DNA of 28,534 nt from Promethearchaeota archaeon (GTDB lineage: Archaea; Asgardarchaeota; Lokiarchaeia; Sigyniarchaeales; SOKP01): NCBI GenBank assembly GCA_019058365.1, contig JAHPZE010000041.1, forward strand, positions 1 through 28,534, given 5' to 3'. A model generated the notes under the pieces. It did no database searches, was not told the DNA's origin, and worked only from the letters and a program-made list of their open reading frames with translations. A program made the translations under genes and the position numbers. Shown one piece after another: positions 26,839 to 28,534 of this stretch (position 1 is the stretch's first letter; the number at the start of each line of letters is the position of its first letter).

Positions 26839-27804
26839 TCATTTCGAGGAGATATCTTTTGCAACAAGCCTTAAATTTTGAATAGATTTTGGTTTAAAGG
26901 AGAATTCATTTTTATTATATGGAATTAACTTTATCAATGGTAAGAAATTCGCTAAATAAAGAGAGATTCCTCTAATTTCTTTATCATTAAGTAAAAATTT
27001 GATATTTTCAAATTTAAAAAACCCTAACTGTCCACTCATTTCATGCAAATTTCCAATTTTTTGAGATCCTATATATACCGGAGATAAATTATTAGAAATA
27101 TTTTTTTGCTGGAAAATTACTGTACCAATTTTATAGTGAGGAATTCCCCCATCCAAAAGACATTCTACATTGTTGACTATTATCTTAACTCCATAGATGG
27201 GAAAGAGATTATGATAAAAATGTTTTGGTAAAGATGCTAGAATCATCTCTGGATATATGGAATGAATTTCGATAGGAATTTGATTTGTATTTATTTCTTC
27301 AGAAAACTCATTTAACATTTTTTTCTTTCCAATTGCCAAAGAAAAACTTTTTCCCCCTCTAGCACGAACAGCATCGTTGATTGGTCTTATTTCCAGATGC
27401 AAATGAGGACTTGACCAGGAAGCAAAATACCCGTTACGGATTGTTTTTCCTAATGAATCTCCTACGCTAATCTGATCCCCTGGTTTAACATCTGGTTTAA
27501 CATGCATTAATTTCCATAATAATTCAGAATTAGAAGGATTATTAATCAATATTAGATAATCTTTATCAATTCCATCTAAAAATTTAGGTTTTGGTGCTGC
27601 TAAGGTTTTAACTTTTAATATTTTTCCTGATATGGGGCTAAATACTTCATAATTATCTATAGTCAGATTTTGGTAGATATCCATCGCAAGTCCATGTTGA
27701 TGCGCATAATAGGGAGAAGTCCCAATACTAAAATGACTAGTGTTTTGTATTGATACACATATGTCATCTATATTGACGATTTCATAAAATTCAGATTTAA
27801 TCAC
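26839..27804 (-). CDS. M23/LytM-like metallopeptidase-fold protein
   Basis: HQHGLAMDIY, FSPISGKI, MHVKPDVKPGDQISVGDSLG, PHLHLEIR (HxH); GTG start. Confidence 0.72.
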   Translation of the reverse strand: MIKSEFYEIVNIDDICVSIQNTSHFSIGTSPYYAHQHGLAMDIYQNLTIDNYEVFSPISGKILKVKTLAAPKPKFLDGIDKDYLILINNPSNSELLWKLMHVKPDVKPGDQISVGDSLGKTIRNGYFASWSSPHLHLEIRPINDAVRARGGKSFSLAIGKKKMLNEFSEEINTNQIPIEIHSIYPEMILASLPKHFYHNLFPIYGVKIIVNNVECLLDGGIPHYKIGTVIFQQKNISNNLSPVYIGSQKIGNLHEMSGQLGFFKFENIKFLLNDKEIRGISLYLANFLPLIKLIPYNKNEFSFKPKSIQNLRLVAKDISSK

Positions 27805-28094
27805 AATAAAATTGAAAGTATTTTCAGATTAAATTATCTTTTGTTGGTTTAATACCACTTTTTATTTCTCATTAATTTATTAAAATGATGGTCAATTTTA
27901 CTAATGGTATCAATATTAAATCTCATCCCTAATAATAAACTCATATTTGATAATTACTTAATTGATAAAATAAGGAAAAATTTAATAAATAAAATTCTCA
28001 AGAAGTCCCAAAAAAGTCAAAATTTATTATCCATAATTTCTTTTTTTAAATTAATTCTTTAGAAATTAAAGAATTTTTAAAAAAGTAATAAAAT

Positions 28095-28367
28095 TTGGTT
28101 TTAAAATTGGTAAAAGGAACTGTAAAATGGTTTAACAGCCGTAAAGGCTTCGGATTTATAAATTCTGATGAAGGAAGCGATGTTTTTGTTCATTATACCG
28201 CATTATCTGGTAGAGATGACGAATACAAGACTTTAAACGAAAACGATAAGGTTGAGTTTGATGTTGTCGAAGGTCAAAAAGGACCGCAAGCCAGCAACGT
28301 TGTAGTAACTGAAAAGGCTCCTCCTAATCCATATAATAGAGGCGGCAGAAGAAATCTCCGTTTTTAA
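28095..28367 (+). CDS. csp: Cold-shock domain protein with short RGG/basic tail
   Basis: [15 protein letters not shown] (RNP1), DVFVHY (RNP2), [10 protein letters not shown]. The start may be the TTG at 28107. Confidence 0.96.
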   Translation: MVLKLVKGTVKWFNSRKGFGFINSDEGSDVFVHYTALSGRDDEYKTLNENDKVEFDVVEGQKGPQASNVVVTEKAPPNPYNRGGRRNLRF

Positions 28368-28480
28368 ATAAAAGGACTTTATAAATCTCCAAAAAGAAAA
28401 ATATAATATAAGAAATAAATAATAATTAGTAAAAATCTGTTTTTGCGATTGTTATCGAATCTTATCTTTTTTTTTTTATT

Positions 28481-28534
28481 TCAGTATTTAAGTATTTTAT
28501 TTTTTTTATCTATTTTCTCATGATCGGCATACCG
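28481..28534 (-). repeat. Right copy of the 54-bp inverted repeat
   Basis: Exact reverse complement of 2-55. Confidence 0.97.

Noticed and set aside
1-28534. Window as a transposon, provirus or CRISPR locus
   Set aside because: No transposase, integrase, capsid, replication or cas genes and no repeat-spacer array; the content is largely housekeeping.
28517-28534. Start of a 5S rRNA or tRNA gene at the window ends
   Set aside because: gatcggcataccg only loosely resembles a 5S 5' end, and too little sequence is visible to call it.

Overview
AT-rich (under about 30% GC by eye) chromosomal segment that looks like an Asgard archaeon, probably Lokiarchaeia/Promethearchaeia. This is inferred from the archaeal-type LeuRS, a roadblock-like/Rab-like GTPase fusion, TPR-RING and wHTH-TPR proteins, a UBC/RWD-like-JAB fusion and TATA-type promoters. 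It holds about 18 intact CDSs and two pseudogene regions. Most interesting signal: an unannotated 19-codon Leu-rich leader ORF (MNLIEKVLSVDLLAVLLLP*, 23032-23091, minus) directly upstream of leuS. It follows a TATA box, and its Leu codons form one arm of a long hairpin with a U-rich loop and a competing alternative helix, which is the architecture of a leader-peptide attenuator in an archaeon. Other notable items: a perfect 54-bp inverted repeat at the two window ends, a GC-rich structured candidate small RNA/mini-ORF at 200-292, a chimeric pseudogene linked to a ~245-bp direct repeat, a thiolase lacking its nucleophilic Cys, and a GH130-DUF2582 fusion. All family calls come from motif recognition by eye; no database searches or folding programs were run.
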